From positions 95,422-159,421 of the forward strand of contig JAFYQK010000001.1 of the NCBI GenBank assembly GCA_017547165.1: a DNA stretch of 64,000 bases, in the 5' to 3' direction. Both the position numbers and the translations under genes were made by a program. This DNA comes from Bacteroidaceae bacterium (GTDB taxonomy: Bacteria; Bacteroidota; Bacteroidia; Bacteroidales; Bacteroidaceae). Below, one piece after another: positions 9,391 through 20,455 of the stretch (positions are counted from its first letter, which is position 1; each line of letters starts with the position of its first letter). A model generated the notes under the pieces. The model did no database searches, had not been told where the DNA came from, and was given only the letters and a program-made list of their open reading frames with translations.

Positions 9391-9458
9391 TTCCTAGAAA
9401 CTAAAATAAGTGCTTCCATGTATGGAGTAAAATAAAACTAAGAAAATATAATATTGCT

Positions 9459-10043
9459 ATGAAGAAAATTTTTATTCTTTTGATTGCTGTTGTTGTCAGC
9501 ATAGGTGCAAAGGCTCAGTTTGAGAAGGGTACCCAATATGCAAATGCCAGTTTGACTGGTTTTGGTATTGGTTACGAGAAGGGATCGTTCGCCGTTGGCC
9601 TTTCAAGCGAATTAGGTTATTTCGTTGCTGATGGTTGGATGCTATCTGGTGCCTTAGGTTATAAGTATAAGAGTGGTGTTGGTGGTGACGCTGGTGGAGG
9701 TGTTTATGATCCTTCTGATGACGAGGAATGGGGAAGCCGTAATTTAGGAAGTGTATATGGTGCCAGTGGTTCTTCTCACTCTTTATTGCTGAAGGCTGCC
9801 TTTAGATACTCTTTCGTACAGAATGGTTTGAATTTAGGATGTGGTCTTCAATTTGAGCATGCAGGAACAGCTCAAAATTATATCCAGCTTTGTCCCCAAT
9901 TCGGTTATACATTCTATTTGAACAACAAGGTAAGCATAGAACCTGCTCTTTATGCCGATTTGTGCATGAATGATTTCAAGTATGGCACAAGCGTTGGTCT
10001 TAAGGTAGGTGTTGGCTTGTACAATTTGTTCAAGAAAAAGTAA
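9459..10043 (+). CDS. Small outer-membrane beta-barrel protein (OmpA-like barrel/porin family)
   Basis: 194 aa with a signal peptide ending ..AKAQ. Amphipathic beta strands alternate along the sequence, and there is a Gly-rich loop. Confidence 0.6.
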   Translation: MKKIFILLIAVVVSIGAKAQFEKGTQYANASLTGFGIGYEKGSFAVGLSSELGYFVADGWMLSGALGYKYKSGVGGDAGGGVYDPSDDEEWGSRNLGSVYGASGSSHSLLLKAAFRYSFVQNGLNLGCGLQFEHAGTAQNYIQLCPQFGYTFYLNNKVSIEPALYADLCMNDFKYGTSVGLKVGVGLYNLFKKK

Positions 10044-10063
10044 TAATATCAAGTATCATATAT

Positions 10064-10099
10064 AACAAAAACTCGTCTCATGTGAGGCGAGTTTTTGTT
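10064..10099. terminator. Bidirectional intrinsic terminator between convergent genes
   Basis: AACAAAAACTCGTCTCA / TGAGGCGAGTTTTTGTT stem with one G:U pair. An A-run and a T-run lie on either side. Confidence 0.7.
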
Positions 10100-10118
10100 A
10101 TATATAAGTCTGTATGAT

Positions 10119-11156
10119 TTAGATTAGAGGCATACCAGCTTCGCGACATTTTGTACGCATCTCATCTGGCCATATGCTTGATTGTGTTTCACCGACATGG
10201 GCTTTGTGCAGGAGTATCATGCACAGACGACTTTGACCGATACCTCCGCCAATGCTTAAAGGCAATGTTCCGTCAAGAAGTCGTTTGTGGAAATAAAGAT
10301 TTTTTCTCTCCTCCTTGCCTTGTATATCCAATTGATGCATCAGTGCCTTGGCATCAACACGTATACCCATTGATGATAGTTCTATGCTACGATTCAGAAT
10401 TGGATACCAAATCAGTAAATCTCCATTAAGACCGATGTGTCCGTCGCTATTGGGAGTACTCCAGTCATCATAGTCAGGAGCACGGTTATCGTGAGGTTCG
10501 CCATTAGAAAGTTTGTTGCCAATGCCAATGATAAATACCGCTCCGTATTTTTGGCAAATCAGGTCTTCCCTTTCCTTTGCACTCTTGTTCGGATACATCT
10601 GTGCCAGTTCCTCGCTATGTATGAAGTAAATCTCTTCGGGGAGGAATGGACGAAGTTGTGGGTAAGTCTCGCAGATATAGAATTCTGTACGAAGTATGGT
10701 GCCGTAGATGCGGCGTACCATTTGTTTAAGGAATTCAACATTTCTTTGACCGGCGGTCATTGTTCGCTCCCAGTCCCATTGGTCTACATAGAGAGAGTGC
10801 AGGTTGTCCAATTCCTCATCGGCTCTGATGGCATTCATGTCTGTAATGATACCGTAGCCAGGCTCAACATTGTATTCTGCTAAAGTAACGCGTTTCCATT
10901 TTGCTAAAGAGTGCACTACTTCCGCCATGGATTCATTCATGTCCTTAATTGGAAACGAAACAGGGCGTTCTGTTCCATTTAGATCGTCGTTTAGACCAAG
11001 TCCGCGCAACACAAATAGCGGTGCAGTTACGCGACGAAGACGCAATTCTGTGGAGAAACTGCGTAGGAAGAAATCTTTTATCTGCTTTATTGCTAACTCT
11101 GTTTGTTTTAGGTCAAGAGCTGCATGATAATTCTCGGGGATAAGTAAATTACTCAT
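10119..11156 (-). CDS. asnA: Aspartate--ammonia ligase (asparagine synthetase A)
   Basis: 345 aa. The N-terminus (..LDLKQTELAIKQIKDFF..) and overall length are typical of AsnA. Confidence 0.85.
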   Translation of the reverse strand: MSNLLIPENYHAALDLKQTELAIKQIKDFFLRSFSTELRLRRVTAPLFVLRGLGLNDDLNGTERPVSFPIKDMNESMAEVVHSLAKWKRVTLAEYNVEPGYGIITDMNAIRADEELDNLHSLYVDQWDWERTMTAGQRNVEFLKQMVRRIYGTILRTEFYICETYPQLRPFLPEEIYFIHSEELAQMYPNKSAKEREDLICQKYGAVFIIGIGNKLSNGEPHDNRAPDYDDWSTPNSDGHIGLNGDLLIWYPILNRSIELSSMGIRVDAKALMHQLDIQGKEERKNLYFHKRLLDGTLPLSIGGGIGQSRLCMILLHKAHVGETQSSIWPDEMRTKCREAGMPLI

Positions 11157-11180
11157 TGTGCTTTTGTGTCAAATTGTCTA

Positions 11181-11188
11181 CAAAGTTA
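11181..11188 (-). promoter_or_regulatory. -7 promoter motif (TAACTTTG on minus strand) for asnA
   Basis: The plus strand reads caaagtta. The motif is ~25 nt upstream of the ATG at 11156. Confidence 0.45.
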
Positions 11189-11380
11189 TGAAAAATAAAT
11201 GAAATTGTACTCTATTGCTTCGTAATAATGCCAGTATATTATAAATATGAGTATTAAAATAGAAAAATGATATGCATTAGGTTCTTGCATAGATATGTTA
11301 ATTTTAAACTTTTGCTGTTAATTTAATTTTATAAATAGGTAATTAACCTTGTCTTATTTATCCAGTTCATTTCTTTTTCG

Positions 11381-11388
11381 TAACTTTG
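11381..11388 (+). promoter_or_regulatory. -7 promoter motif TAACTTTG
   Basis: About 30 nt upstream of the ATG at 11419. Confidence 0.45.
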
Positions 11389-11418
11389 CATCGTTTTAAT
11401 CAAGAAATTGAAGAAATA

Positions 11419-12309
11419 ATGAAGACAATGAAGTTTATGCTTATAGCTGCCGCAAGTGCTTTTGTATTGAGCAGCTGTGTTAGTAAGAAGGAATTGGTTG
11501 CAGCTCAGCAGAAGTTGCAGGAATGCCAGGATAATAGCAAGTCTCTTGGTCAGAAGTATTATGAATCTCAACTTCAGTTGACTGAGTATAAGACTAAAAA
11601 TGAAAATCTACAGGCGCAGATTGATGATAAGAACGCATTGCTGAAGGAGAAGACCGAGGCTATGCAGATTATGCAGAAGACACTCGACCAGAGTATCTAT
11701 CAGGGTGGAGCCAACATCAGTAAGCTTGTTGATGAGATCAATGCAAGCAACAAGTACATCAAGCAGTTGGTAGAAGCAAAGAGCAAGAGTGATTCGTTGA
11801 ATGTTGCTTTGACAAACAATTTGACTCGCAGTCTGTCACGCGAGGAATTGAAGGATGTTGACATTCAAGTGTTAAAAGGTGTAGTGTACATTTCTTTGAA
11901 TGACAATATGCTTTATAAGAGTGGTTCTTATGAGATAAGTCCTAAGGCAAGTGAGACTCTTGCTAAGATTGCAAAGATTATTACCGATTACGACGATTAT
12001 GAGGTGCTGGTAGAGGGTAATACCGATAATGTACCCATCAGCCGTCAGAATATTCGTAACAACTGGGACCTCTCAGCATTACGCGCAAGTAGCGTTGTTC
12101 AGGAGTTACAGAACAAATATGGTGTTAATCCAAGTCGTTTGAGTGCTGCTGGTCGTGGTGAATATAATACCGTTGCAGATAATGACACTCCTGAGGGGCG
12201 TGCCAAGAACCGTCGCACACAGATAATAATCACTCCCAAATTGGATCAATTCCTTGAGTTGATTGACAAGGCTCCTGCTTCAGAACAGGTATCTGAAGTT
12301 ACAGAATAA
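11419..12309 (+). CDS. OmpA-family lipoprotein with N-terminal coiled coil
   Basis: Start chosen at MKTMKFMLIAAASAFVLSSC (lipobox). The C-terminal OmpA-like domain carries NTDNVPI.., NWDLSALRASSV and NRRTQIII. Confidence 0.8.
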   Translation: MKTMKFMLIAAASAFVLSSCVSKKELVAAQQKLQECQDNSKSLGQKYYESQLQLTEYKTKNENLQAQIDDKNALLKEKTEAMQIMQKTLDQSIYQGGANISKLVDEINASNKYIKQLVEAKSKSDSLNVALTNNLTRSLSREELKDVDIQVLKGVVYISLNDNMLYKSGSYEISPKASETLAKIAKIITDYDDYEVLVEGNTDNVPISRQNIRNNWDLSALRASSVVQELQNKYGVNPSRLSAAGRGEYNTVADNDTPEGRAKNRRTQIIITPKLDQFLELIDKAPASEQVSEVTE

Positions 12310-12349
12310 TTGATTGTCTGGCATTAAATACTAACAAGCAAGCCAACTG

Positions 12350-12907
12350 ATGAAGATGAAAAAAATATTGTCGTTAGTGATTTTGTCTGTTGTTATATTC
12401 GCGTCGTGCACAAAAAACGTCAGAACCGAAGAAAAACCAGAACCTTACAGACCTGTCACAACTGCATCCGGAAATGAAGTTCAGCGTATGCAAAGTCTTT
12501 GTCTGCAAGACACACTACTTGTTGGTAGTAATAAATATACATGGGTTGTGGAGCGTCAGCCTTGTGATTCATTAGGCATAATTGAAGACGAGATGGGAGA
12601 CAAATATGCTGAAAACATATTGAAACTCAATGTCAAGAAAAATGGCAATGTACTATTATCACACACGTTCTACAAAAAGGAGTTTAAATCGTTGTTGGAC
12701 AAGAAATTCTATTCTTATAGTATCATAGATGGGTGCAGGTTCCTTTATGTCAAGGAGGGCAAGATAGTGTTTTCTTTATGCTTGTCTTATCCTGATACCG
12801 ATATGTCTCGCCCCTTCCATTTGATTATACATCCCGACGGAAGTTACAAGCTGGAGAAGGATGATATCATGGACGATGATTTTGTTACGGATACAATCAC
12901 TTCATAA
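12350..12907 (+). CDS. Hypothetical lipoprotein
   Basis: 185 aa with a lipobox (..VIFASC). No recognisable catalytic motif. Confidence 0.55.
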   Translation: MKMKKILSLVILSVVIFASCTKNVRTEEKPEPYRPVTTASGNEVQRMQSLCLQDTLLVGSNKYTWVVERQPCDSLGIIEDEMGDKYAENILKLNVKKNGNVLLSHTFYKKEFKSLLDKKFYSYSIIDGCRFLYVKEGKIVFSLCLSYPDTDMSRPFHLIIHPDGSYKLEKDDIMDDDFVTDTITS

Positions 12908-12932
12908 CACAGAACATAAATAAATGAACAAT

Positions 12933-12965
12933 AAAGGATGCCCAATCAGGCATCCTTTATTGATT
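12933..12965 (+). terminator. Intrinsic terminator
   Basis: AAAGGATGCC / GGCATCCTTT stem followed by ATTGATTT. Confidence 0.6.
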
Positions 12966-13185
12966 TAAGTGACAATCATAAAATAACCAGCTCCGTTTTT
13001 AATGAATATGGTTTTATATGTAAGAATGTCTTTTAGCAGCTTTCTCTCTTGTTCACCAGTCAGACAGTCCGCTATGCTCCTTCTTTATAAGCGAAAAAAC
13101 ACAGTTTAAAGCGATGTGTCTTATTATTTTCAGGTCATTAAGTGGTGACTGATGTTTTTTTCTGCTTGTTGTTACTTTCAAAAAA

Positions 13186-13932
13186 TCAGTTGCACGACAT
13201 TTTTGCAAGTGTTTTCAGAAAACATTCGTGGTCAGGGAATACTATATCAGCTCCGGCATCATAAAGTATAGCATCGTCCAATGGACCAGTGTTTATCGCT
13301 ACAGTGAATATTCCTGCTGCTTTTGCCGAATTGATGCCCAACGGTGCATTCTCCACAACAATGGCATCTTTTGCTTCTACTCCGGCCTTTTCCAGTCCCA
13401 TCAAATAAGGTTCGGGATGAGGTTTGCCATGTTTCACATCAAATGCTGTCACCATCAGTTGTGGGGTGAATATGCCGGGGAAATTATTTTCGAGTCTCTC
13501 CAGCAAACTTTTTTGTCCACTGCCAGTTACAATGACACGTTGCATCCCAAGAGTTTTCACATATTGCAGAAGTTCCGCCGAACCTGATATCTGCTCAACA
13601 TGGGGTAGGGTGTTGAAGATCTCGCTCTTTACCTTATATATATGTTCTTTCTCTTCATCGGTAGCTTCGCGTCCCCATTGTTCTTTTGCAAAAATGTCAA
13701 TGGTGCCGGCTCCAGTCCTTCCCTCATTCATATAAACATCTTCACGCGACATTGTCAATCCGTTCTCTTTCATAGCTCTTACCCATGCTTCGGCATGATT
13801 CTTCATGCTGTCAAACAAGACTCCGTCCATGTCGAAGAGAAATGCTTTTGTGTGTCCGAGTTGGCAAGACATCTTATCAAGAAAGGAAGGGCAAATTGCC
13901 CTCCCTTTGCTATCTGTATTATAACTGTTCAT
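13186..13932 (-). CDS. HAD-IA family hydrolase (beta-phosphoglucomutase-like)
   Basis: The FLFDMDGVLFDS motif I is present. The true start may be the internal ATG at 13872 (MSCQLG..), which would place DxD near the N-terminus. Confidence 0.75.
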   Translation of the reverse strand: MNSYNTDSKGRAICPSFLDKMSCQLGHTKAFLFDMDGVLFDSMKNHAEAWVRAMKENGLTMSREDVYMNEGRTGAGTIDIFAKEQWGREATDEEKEHIYKVKSEIFNTLPHVEQISGSAELLQYVKTLGMQRVIVTGSGQKSLLERLENNFPGIFTPQLMVTAFDVKHGKPHPEPYLMGLEKAGVEAKDAIVVENAPLGINSAKAAGIFTVAINTGPLDDAILYDAGADIVFPDHECFLKTLAKMSCN

Positions 13933-13941
13933 CCTATATTA

Positions 13942-15276
13942 TTAAAGGCGTGCCTTAATTGCTTCGGTTTCCGCTTCATAACCGGGCTTGCCGAGAAGAG
14001 CAAACATATTCTTTTTGTAAGCCTCTACACCAGGTTGGTCAAATGGGTTAACGCCCAAGACAATGCCACTGATACCACAGGCACGCTCAAACATATAAAT
14101 CAACTGGCCAATGTGGTATTCGTCCAAACGGGTGATGCTGATTAGGATATTAGGTACACCGCCATCTACATGAGCCAATTTTGTTCCAAGTTCTGCCATC
14201 TTGTTTACCTGGTCGATGCGGCGTCCAGCAAGGAAGTTCAAACCATCAAGATTTTCCTCATCGCTTGGAACTTCAAGGCATGTGTTGGGTTGCTCTACAC
14301 TGATAACTGTTTCGAAGATAGTGCGTTCACCATCCTGAATCCACTGTCCCATAGAGTGCAGGTCGGTGGTAAGGTCTACGCTTGCAGGGAAGATACCCTT
14401 GCCGTCCTTACCCTCGCTCTCGCCATAGAGCTGCTTCCACCATTCTCCAAGGTTGTGCAACTTGGGTTGGTAGTTGGCAAGGATCTCAATCTTCTTGCCC
14501 TGCTGATACAACGCATTACGGATAGCGGCGTATACGGCGGCAGGGTTCTCCATGAAGGGAATCTCGGGTGCGGTCTGTGCCTCCATGTCCTGTGCACCCT
14601 TCACCAAAGCTGTGATATCAAAACCAGCTACGGCAATGGGGAGCAAACCTACTGGGGTAAGAACGCTGAAACGTCCGCCTACATTGTCAGGAATGATGAA
14701 TGACTTATAGCCTTCCTTGTCTGCAGTAATACGTGCAGCACCACGTTTAGCATCAGTTACAGCTACTATCACTTTTGCTGCTTCTTCCTTGCCACGCTGT
14801 TGCTCACAAAGAGTCTTCAACAAACGGAATGTAATGGCTGTTTCGGTGGTTGTACCGCTTTTTGAAATATTGATGATACCAAAGCGGACGGTCTTAAGGT
14901 ATGCAATCAGTTCCGACAAATAATCCTCACCAATGTTATTACCGGCGAAAAGTATACGGGGATAGTTGCTGCTCTGCAACCAACCGAATGTGTTACTTAA
15001 TGCATCAAGTACCATGCGAGCACCAAGGTATGAACCGCCGATGCCAGCTACAACAACAGCATCACATTCCTGTTGCAGAGTTTTTGCTGTCTCGTTGATT
15101 TCTGCAATGAATTCGGGGGTAATGCTGCTTGGCAAGTGCATCCAACCCAAATAGTCATTGCCTTTACATGTACCCTCTTCCAGAGCTTTCTGTGCCTCTG
15201 CTACAGGAGCTTCAAATTTAGCTATCGCATCGCAACCAAGAAACTGGGTTGCCTTTGAAATATCAAGTGTTACCAT
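13942..15276 (-). CDS. pgi: Glucose-6-phosphate isomerase
   Basis: 444 aa, the short bacterial PGI type (..[12 protein letters not shown].., ..[13 protein letters not shown]..). Confidence 0.9.
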   Translation of the reverse strand: MVTLDISKATQFLGCDAIAKFEAPVAEAQKALEEGTCKGNDYLGWMHLPSSITPEFIAEINETAKTLQQECDAVVVAGIGGSYLGARMVLDALSNTFGWLQSSNYPRILFAGNNIGEDYLSELIAYLKTVRFGIINISKSGTTTETAITFRLLKTLCEQQRGKEEAAKVIVAVTDAKRGAARITADKEGYKSFIIPDNVGGRFSVLTPVGLLPIAVAGFDITALVKGAQDMEAQTAPEIPFMENPAAVYAAIRNALYQQGKKIEILANYQPKLHNLGEWWKQLYGESEGKDGKGIFPASVDLTTDLHSMGQWIQDGERTIFETVISVEQPNTCLEVPSDEENLDGLNFLAGRRIDQVNKMAELGTKLAHVDGGVPNILISITRLDEYHIGQLIYMFERACGISGIVLGVNPFDQPGVEAYKKNMFALLGKPGYEAETEAIKARL

Positions 15277-15336
15277 TTTGTTTTAATGTTATTCGATTTT
15301 ATATTTATATTTTAAAGTTACTTTATTAAGGTGATA

Positions 15337-16326
15337 TTATCTGAAAGATTCAGAGAGAAGTTTGATTTCTATATTTGGACTGATACGCTCGTACAATATG
15401 TTGTATACAGAGTCCAAAATGGGCATATTCACTCTAAGGTGTTTGTTGATGTCCTTCATGCACTTGGTGCCAAAATATCCCTCGGCAATCATTTCCATTT
15501 CCAATTGTGCGCTTTTTACCGAATAGCCTTTACCTATCATAGTTCCGAATACCCTGTTGCGGGAGAAATTTGAGTATCCCGTAACAAGCAGGTCACCGCA
15601 ATAAACACTGTCGGTAATGTTTCTTTCCAATGGGAATACGGCGGTAAGCAGTCGCGTCATCTCCTGCAAGGCGTTAGAAATAAGTACAGCCTGGAAATTA
15701 TCACCATATTTTAAACCATGACAGATACCAGATGCAATGCTGTATACATTCTTTAGCACGCTTGCATATTCAATGCCGACTACATCCTGCGAAATTTTTG
15801 TTTTGACATAGTGATTCTCAATGCAATTTGCAAAAGCCTGCGCCTTTTCTTTGTCAGTACATCCAATAGTAAGGTATGTTAACCTGTTCAGCGCAACTTC
15901 CTCTGCATGACTTGGACCACCTATAACAGCAAGATTCTCGTCAGGCACATTGTAAACCTGATGGAAGTATTCTGAGCAAATCAGGTTTTCGTCAGGCACG
16001 ATACCCTTAATCGCTGTTACCAGGAACTTATCGCTCAAACGCACTTTAAGTTTCTTTAAGTGCCCCTTCAAATATGGTGAAGGTGTGACAAAAACAAGCG
16101 TTTGGCAATTCTTTACAACCTCGTTGATATCGGAGGAGAAAGTGATGCGGTTCACATCAAAATGAACACTTGTTAGATAGGCTGGGTTATGACCGAGGCG
16201 CTTGAATTCCTCAATGCGGTCGTCGCGTCTGAGATACCACCATATACGCTCGTTTTTCTCAAGCAATATCTTTGCGATAGCTGTGGCCCAACTTCCACCA
16301 CCCATTACTGCTATTGTACCAATCAT
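15337..16326 (-). CDS. gpsA: NAD(P)H-dependent glycerol-3-phosphate dehydrogenase
   Basis: 329 aa with the N-terminal Rossmann motif GGGSWATAIAKIL. Confidence 0.85.
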   Translation of the reverse strand: MIGTIAVMGGGSWATAIAKILLEKNERIWWYLRRDDRIEEFKRLGHNPAYLTSVHFDVNRITFSSDINEVVKNCQTLVFVTPSPYLKGHLKKLKVRLSDKFLVTAIKGIVPDENLICSEYFHQVYNVPDENLAVIGGPSHAEEVALNRLTYLTIGCTDKEKAQAFANCIENHYVKTKISQDVVGIEYASVLKNVYSIASGICHGLKYGDNFQAVLISNALQEMTRLLTAVFPLERNITDSVYCGDLLVTGYSNFSRNRVFGTMIGKGYSVKSAQLEMEMIAEGYFGTKCMKDINKHLRVNMPILDSVYNILYERISPNIEIKLLSESFR

Positions 16327-16404
16327 GTTTTGTCCTTCATTCTCACTCTGCCATAACTCCTTGATAAGAGTAGGGCAGAATGTAGTGTTTGTTAGTGAAA
16401 ATGA

Positions 16405-18018
16405 TTACTTGCTATCTTCTTCGTCTGCCTTTGGGGTATTTGCTGACGCAGAAGTTTTTTCGGGTTTCATCTGAGGGAAGAATAGAACTTCCTGGATGAA
16501 AGGTTTGCCAGTCATGAGCATTACCAGACGGTCGATGCCAATACCGATACCGCTGGTAGGAGGCATACCATACTGGAGTGCACGGAGGAAGTCCTGATCA
16601 ATGATCATTGCCTCGTCGTCGCCCTTGTCGGCCAAGCGCATCTGCTCGCGGAAGCGCTCTTCTTGGTCGATGGGGTCGTTCAACTCGGAGTATGCATTTG
16701 CCAACTCCTTGCCGTTCACCATCAGCTCGAAACGCTCGGTCAGACCGGGCTTGGTGCGGTGCTTCTTGGTGAGGGGAGACATCTCTATGGGATAGTCGGT
16801 GATGAAGGTTGGCTGGATGAAAGTGCCCTCGCAGGTCTCGCCGAAGATTTCGTCTATCAGCTTGCCCTTGCCCATGGTAGAGTCAACCTCTACACCGCAT
16901 TTCTTTGCCACCTCGCGCATCTCGTCCTCGCTCATTCCCTCCAGATCGTATCCGGTCTTTTCCTTGATAGCCTCAAGGATTGGCAGGCGGCGGAAGGGAG
17001 CCTTGAAGGAGATGACTTTACCGTCTATCTCTGTTTCGGGCTTGCCGTTTACGGCTATACAGATGCGTTCAAGAACCTTCTCGGTGAATGACATCATCCA
17101 GTTGTAGTCCTTGTACTGAACGTAAAGCTCCATGCAGGTGAACTCGGGGTTGTGGTTCTTGTCCATACCCTCGTTGCGGAAGTTCTTGCCAATCTCATAT
17201 ACACCCTCGAAACCACCAACGATGAGGCGCTTCAAGTACAATTCTGTGGCAATACGGCAATAGAGATCAATGTCCAGGCTGTTGTGGTGAGTGATAAATG
17301 GGCGTGCACTTGCACCGCCTGCAATGCTCTGCAAAATGGGAGTTTCCACCTCGGTGTAACCAGCTTCGTCCAGGCATTGGCGCAAGGTACTGATTACCTT
17401 TGTGCGCTTCAGGAAGGTTTCTTTCACGCCCTCGTTAACGATAAGGTCAACATAGCGCTGACGGAAACGGAGTTCGGGGTCGGAGAAGGCGTCAAATACA
17501 TTACCCTCAGAGTCGGTCTTTACCACGGGAAGGGGGCGCAGGCTCTTTGCCAATACGGTCAGTTCCATACAATGGATGCTGATTTCTCCTGTCTTTGTGC
17601 GGAACACATAACCCTTCACACCGATGAAGTCACCAAGGTCGAGCAACTTCTTGAACACGGTGTTGTACATCGTTGTGTCTTCGGCATTGGGACAAAGAGC
17701 ATCGCGAGTCACATATACTTGGATACGACCCTTGCTGTCCATAAGTTCCACGAAACTTGCCTTGCCCATAATACGGCGGCTCATCATACGACCTGCTACG
17801 CACACCATGCGACTATTCTCGGGTGTGGCAGGTGTGGGAACTTCCTCGCCCTGCTCGTTGGTCATTGTGGGCAGGTCAATAAACTCTGCCTTGATATCTG
17901 TAGAGAATGCATCGGTGGGATACTCGGCAGCAGGATATGGGTCAATGCCCAAGTCGCGCATCTGCTGAAGATTGCCACGACGGACTATCTCCTGTTCGCT
18001 TAATTCTTGTACACTCAT
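16405..18018 (-). CDS. lysS: Lysine--tRNA ligase (class II)
   Basis: Start chosen at [14 protein letters not shown].. The ORF track's 36-aa N-terminal extension overlaps the predicted promoter. OB-fold and class II motifs are present. Confidence 0.9.
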   Translation of the reverse strand: MSVQELSEQEIVRRGNLQQMRDLGIDPYPAAEYPTDAFSTDIKAEFIDLPTMTNEQGEEVPTPATPENSRMVCVAGRMMSRRIMGKASFVELMDSKGRIQVYVTRDALCPNAEDTTMYNTVFKKLLDLGDFIGVKGYVFRTKTGEISIHCMELTVLAKSLRPLPVVKTDSEGNVFDAFSDPELRFRQRYVDLIVNEGVKETFLKRTKVISTLRQCLDEAGYTEVETPILQSIAGGASARPFITHHNSLDIDLYCRIATELYLKRLIVGGFEGVYEIGKNFRNEGMDKNHNPEFTCMELYVQYKDYNWMMSFTEKVLERICIAVNGKPETEIDGKVISFKAPFRRLPILEAIKEKTGYDLEGMSEDEMREVAKKCGVEVDSTMGKGKLIDEIFGETCEGTFIQPTFITDYPIEMSPLTKKHRTKPGLTERFELMVNGKELANAYSELNDPIDQEERFREQMRLADKGDDEAMIIDQDFLRALQYGMPPTSGIGIGIDRLVMLMTGKPFIQEVLFFPQMKPEKTSASANTPKADEEDSK

Positions 18019-18063
18019 ATTTTGTTTTTTATTTATGTTACAATAATTATTACATATCGCGCA

Positions 18064-18071
18064 CAAAGATA
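18064..18071 (-). promoter_or_regulatory. -7 promoter motif (TATCTTTG on minus strand) for lysS
   Basis: The plus strand reads caaagata. Confidence 0.45.
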
Positions 18072-18114
18072 CAAAAAAATGAACTAATTCCGAGGGTGAA
18101 TCGTTAAATAATAT

Positions 18115-18122
18115 TATCTTTG
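18115..18122 (+). promoter_or_regulatory. -7 promoter motif TATCTTTG for porin gene
   Basis: 30 nt upstream of the ATG at 18152. Confidence 0.45.
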
Positions 18123-18151
18123 TCAATGCTTTGTAACAAAAACGTTAAAAT

Positions 18152-19345
18152 ATGAATATCAAACATGCAGCATTGGTCATTATTTTGGCCATATTTACAA
18201 CCTCTTCAGTTAAGGCGCAGTTGGTGATGAACGAAGAGTTTATTGATGGATATGATCATTCCCTTCAAAACTATCTCACGGAGAAAATAGCCACTTGGAA
18301 ATCGAAGGCGGAAGAAGCTGATAAGAAGAATACTGAGGGAAAAAAGAAGTGGAAGATTGCCGATTATGTCACTGTACCCAAGTTTGGCGGATATGTTGTA
18401 GCAACTTACAAATACGATAGCCAGGAGGGAAAAAATGGCGGTGATGGTTTTGGATTGCGTTATCTTCGCCTTTATCTTGATGGTAAGGTATTCAATGATT
18501 TTAGCTATCGTGTGCAGATGAATGTTTCAGGAGAACCAGGGACAAAGAATGGTGCTCGTGTCATTGATGCCTTTGTTGCGTGGCAGAAATGGAAATTCAT
18601 CGGTGTTAAGATCGGTGAGTACAAAAGATGTTTCACCTTTGAGAATCCTATGAATCCATGGGATGTTTGTCTTGGTGACTATACCCAACTTACCAAGCAT
18701 TTCGCTGGTATGGGTGGCGATTTTTATAAAGGTGCGGCAAATAGTGGTGGTCGCGACCTCGGTGTACAGATCTATGGTGATGCGATAAAGGTTGGCAAGA
18801 CCCAGCATTATTTGCTACATTATCAGGCTGGTATCTATAATGGTCAAGGTATTAATACCTCTGATAAGGACAAGGAAAAGGATTATATCGCTACATTGCA
18901 GGTGCAACCCATTAAAGGACTTTATGTAGGTCTTTTTGGTTGGAGCGGTTCTTTCTTTGATGGTGCGCAGAGCAATTACTTCAAGCGTTGGGCTGCAGGC
19001 GTGTCATACGAAGGACTCTTTTCTGCCCGTGCCGAGTATGCAAGAAACATCTATGCCAATGGAGCAAACACCAATGGTCTCGGACAAAAATCAGATGCAT
19101 GGTACATCCGTATGGGCATTCCCACATGGCGTTGGTTGCGTGTGAATCTGGGTTATGATGCTTATCGCTCTGATATGTCCAGTTGGACCTCGTTGAATTC
19201 TATCTATAGCCTTGCATTACAGGCTCGTCCCCACAAGAATCTTCAATTCCAGGTTCAGTGGAACTATTGCCACAACAATGGAGATGCAACTAAACTTGAC
19301 AAGAACTACCATCAGTTGTGGACCCAAGCATATATCCGATTCTAA
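18152..19345 (+). CDS. Outer-membrane porin (phosphate-selective porin O/P-like family, putative)
   Basis: 397 aa with a signal peptide ending ..VKAQ. The sequence is beta-rich and ends in the terminal ..AYIRF. Confidence 0.6.
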   Translation: MNIKHAALVIILAIFTTSSVKAQLVMNEEFIDGYDHSLQNYLTEKIATWKSKAEEADKKNTEGKKKWKIADYVTVPKFGGYVVATYKYDSQEGKNGGDGFGLRYLRLYLDGKVFNDFSYRVQMNVSGEPGTKNGARVIDAFVAWQKWKFIGVKIGEYKRCFTFENPMNPWDVCLGDYTQLTKHFAGMGGDFYKGAANSGGRDLGVQIYGDAIKVGKTQHYLLHYQAGIYNGQGINTSDKDKEKDYIATLQVQPIKGLYVGLFGWSGSFFDGAQSNYFKRWAAGVSYEGLFSARAEYARNIYANGANTNGLGQKSDAWYIRMGIPTWRWLRVNLGYDAYRSDMSSWTSLNSIYSLALQARPHKNLQFQVQWNYCHNNGDATKLDKNYHQLWTQAYIRF

Positions 19346-19353
19346 AGATAAAA

Positions 19354-19390
19354 CAAAAAAAGAGAGGTTTGAGCCTCTCTTTTTTGTTTT
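19354..19390. terminator. Bidirectional intrinsic terminator
   Basis: AAAAAAAGAGAGG-tttgag-CCTCTCTTTTTTGTTTTT. Confidence 0.8.
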
Positions 19391-19425
19391 TGGTTACATC
19401 CTCTATAAAGGATTGTTTAATCTCA

Positions 19426-20433
19426 TTAGATTAGGGAACAAGCTACATTGATCTTTTCAAGTTCTTCTTCTGAGAAGGGCATACTATCTATAGCCTTAAG
19501 GTTTTGCGACAGCTGTGTGGTAGAACTTGCACCAACGATTACGCTGGTTATTAGTTTGTTGTTCAGAATCCAGGCTAAAGACATCTCCGCCAAACTTTGT
19601 CCGCGACTATCGGCAATATCGTTCAATGCCTTTATGCGTTTCAATGTAGTTTCTGTCAAGGAGTCCTTTTTTAGATGTCCGCCATTGGCTATGCGAGAGT
19701 TGTCGGGAATACCTTGCAAATATTTGTTTGTAAGTAGACCTTGTGCAAGTGGTGAGAAAGATATGAATCCGGCTCCATTGTCATGCGCTTGTTGCATAAC
19801 ACCGCTCTCTTCCGGTTCCCTGTCGAAGATATTGTATCGGCCTTGGAATATCAGGCAAGGCACATCTCTCTCCCTTAAATATTTGTATGCAAAGTCTGTT
19901 GCCTCATGAGGCCATCGCGATATACCTATATAAAGAGCCTTTCCCTGTTTTACTATATCTACAAGGGTTTGCAGAGTTTCTTCAAGAGGTGTAATCGGGT
20001 CATATCTGTGAATGTAGAATAGATCTACATACTCCAGATTCATGCGCTTTAGACTTTGGTTCAAACTTGCGATGAGATATTTCCTCGATCCCCAGTTTCC
20101 ATACGGACCTTCCCACATGTCATATCCCGCTTTTGTAGAAATGAAAAGCTCGTCTCTAAATGGATGTAGCGAGGTCTTCATTATATTCCCGAAATTTTCC
20201 TCGGCAGCACCATATGGAGGTCCATAATTATTTGCAAGGTCGAAATGTGTTATGCCATTGTCGAAAGCATGGTGTATGATTTCAGCACACTCTGCATGAC
20301 TTTTGCTTTTACCAAAGTTGTGCCAAAGTCCTAATGATATTTCTGGGAGCAATATTCCGCTTTTGCCGCATCTACGGTATTTCATCCCTCCGCTATATCT
20401 GTTTGTGCTGGGTATGTATTGTGAAATAGCCAT
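19426..20433 (-). CDS. Aldo/keto reductase (YghZ/Kv-beta-like subgroup)
   Basis: 335 aa with AKR motifs (..HFDLANNYGPPYG.., ..YIHRYDP..). Confidence 0.8.
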   Translation of the reverse strand: MAISQYIPSTNRYSGGMKYRRCGKSGILLPEISLGLWHNFGKSKSHAECAEIIHHAFDNGITHFDLANNYGPPYGAAEENFGNIMKTSLHPFRDELFISTKAGYDMWEGPYGNWGSRKYLIASLNQSLKRMNLEYVDLFYIHRYDPITPLEETLQTLVDIVKQGKALYIGISRWPHEATDFAYKYLRERDVPCLIFQGRYNIFDREPEESGVMQQAHDNGAGFISFSPLAQGLLTNKYLQGIPDNSRIANGGHLKKDSLTETTLKRIKALNDIADSRGQSLAEMSLAWILNNKLITSVIVGASSTTQLSQNLKAIDSMPFSEEELEKINVACSLI

Positions 20434-20455
20434 ACAAAGATGTGTGAAATAACTT

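Noticed and set aside
18019-18126. N-terminal extensions offered by the ORF track. They are lysS to 18126, OmpA to 11386, the LRR gene to 29596, GHL10 to 9419, the TBDR to 45503, folB to 38576, the DUF4199-like gene to 43015 and the nitroreductase fusion to 37363.
   Set aside because: The extensions are AT-rich. They overlap promoter motifs or upstream genes, and they displace signal peptides or lipoboxes and conserved N-termini. I chose the internal ATG starts instead.
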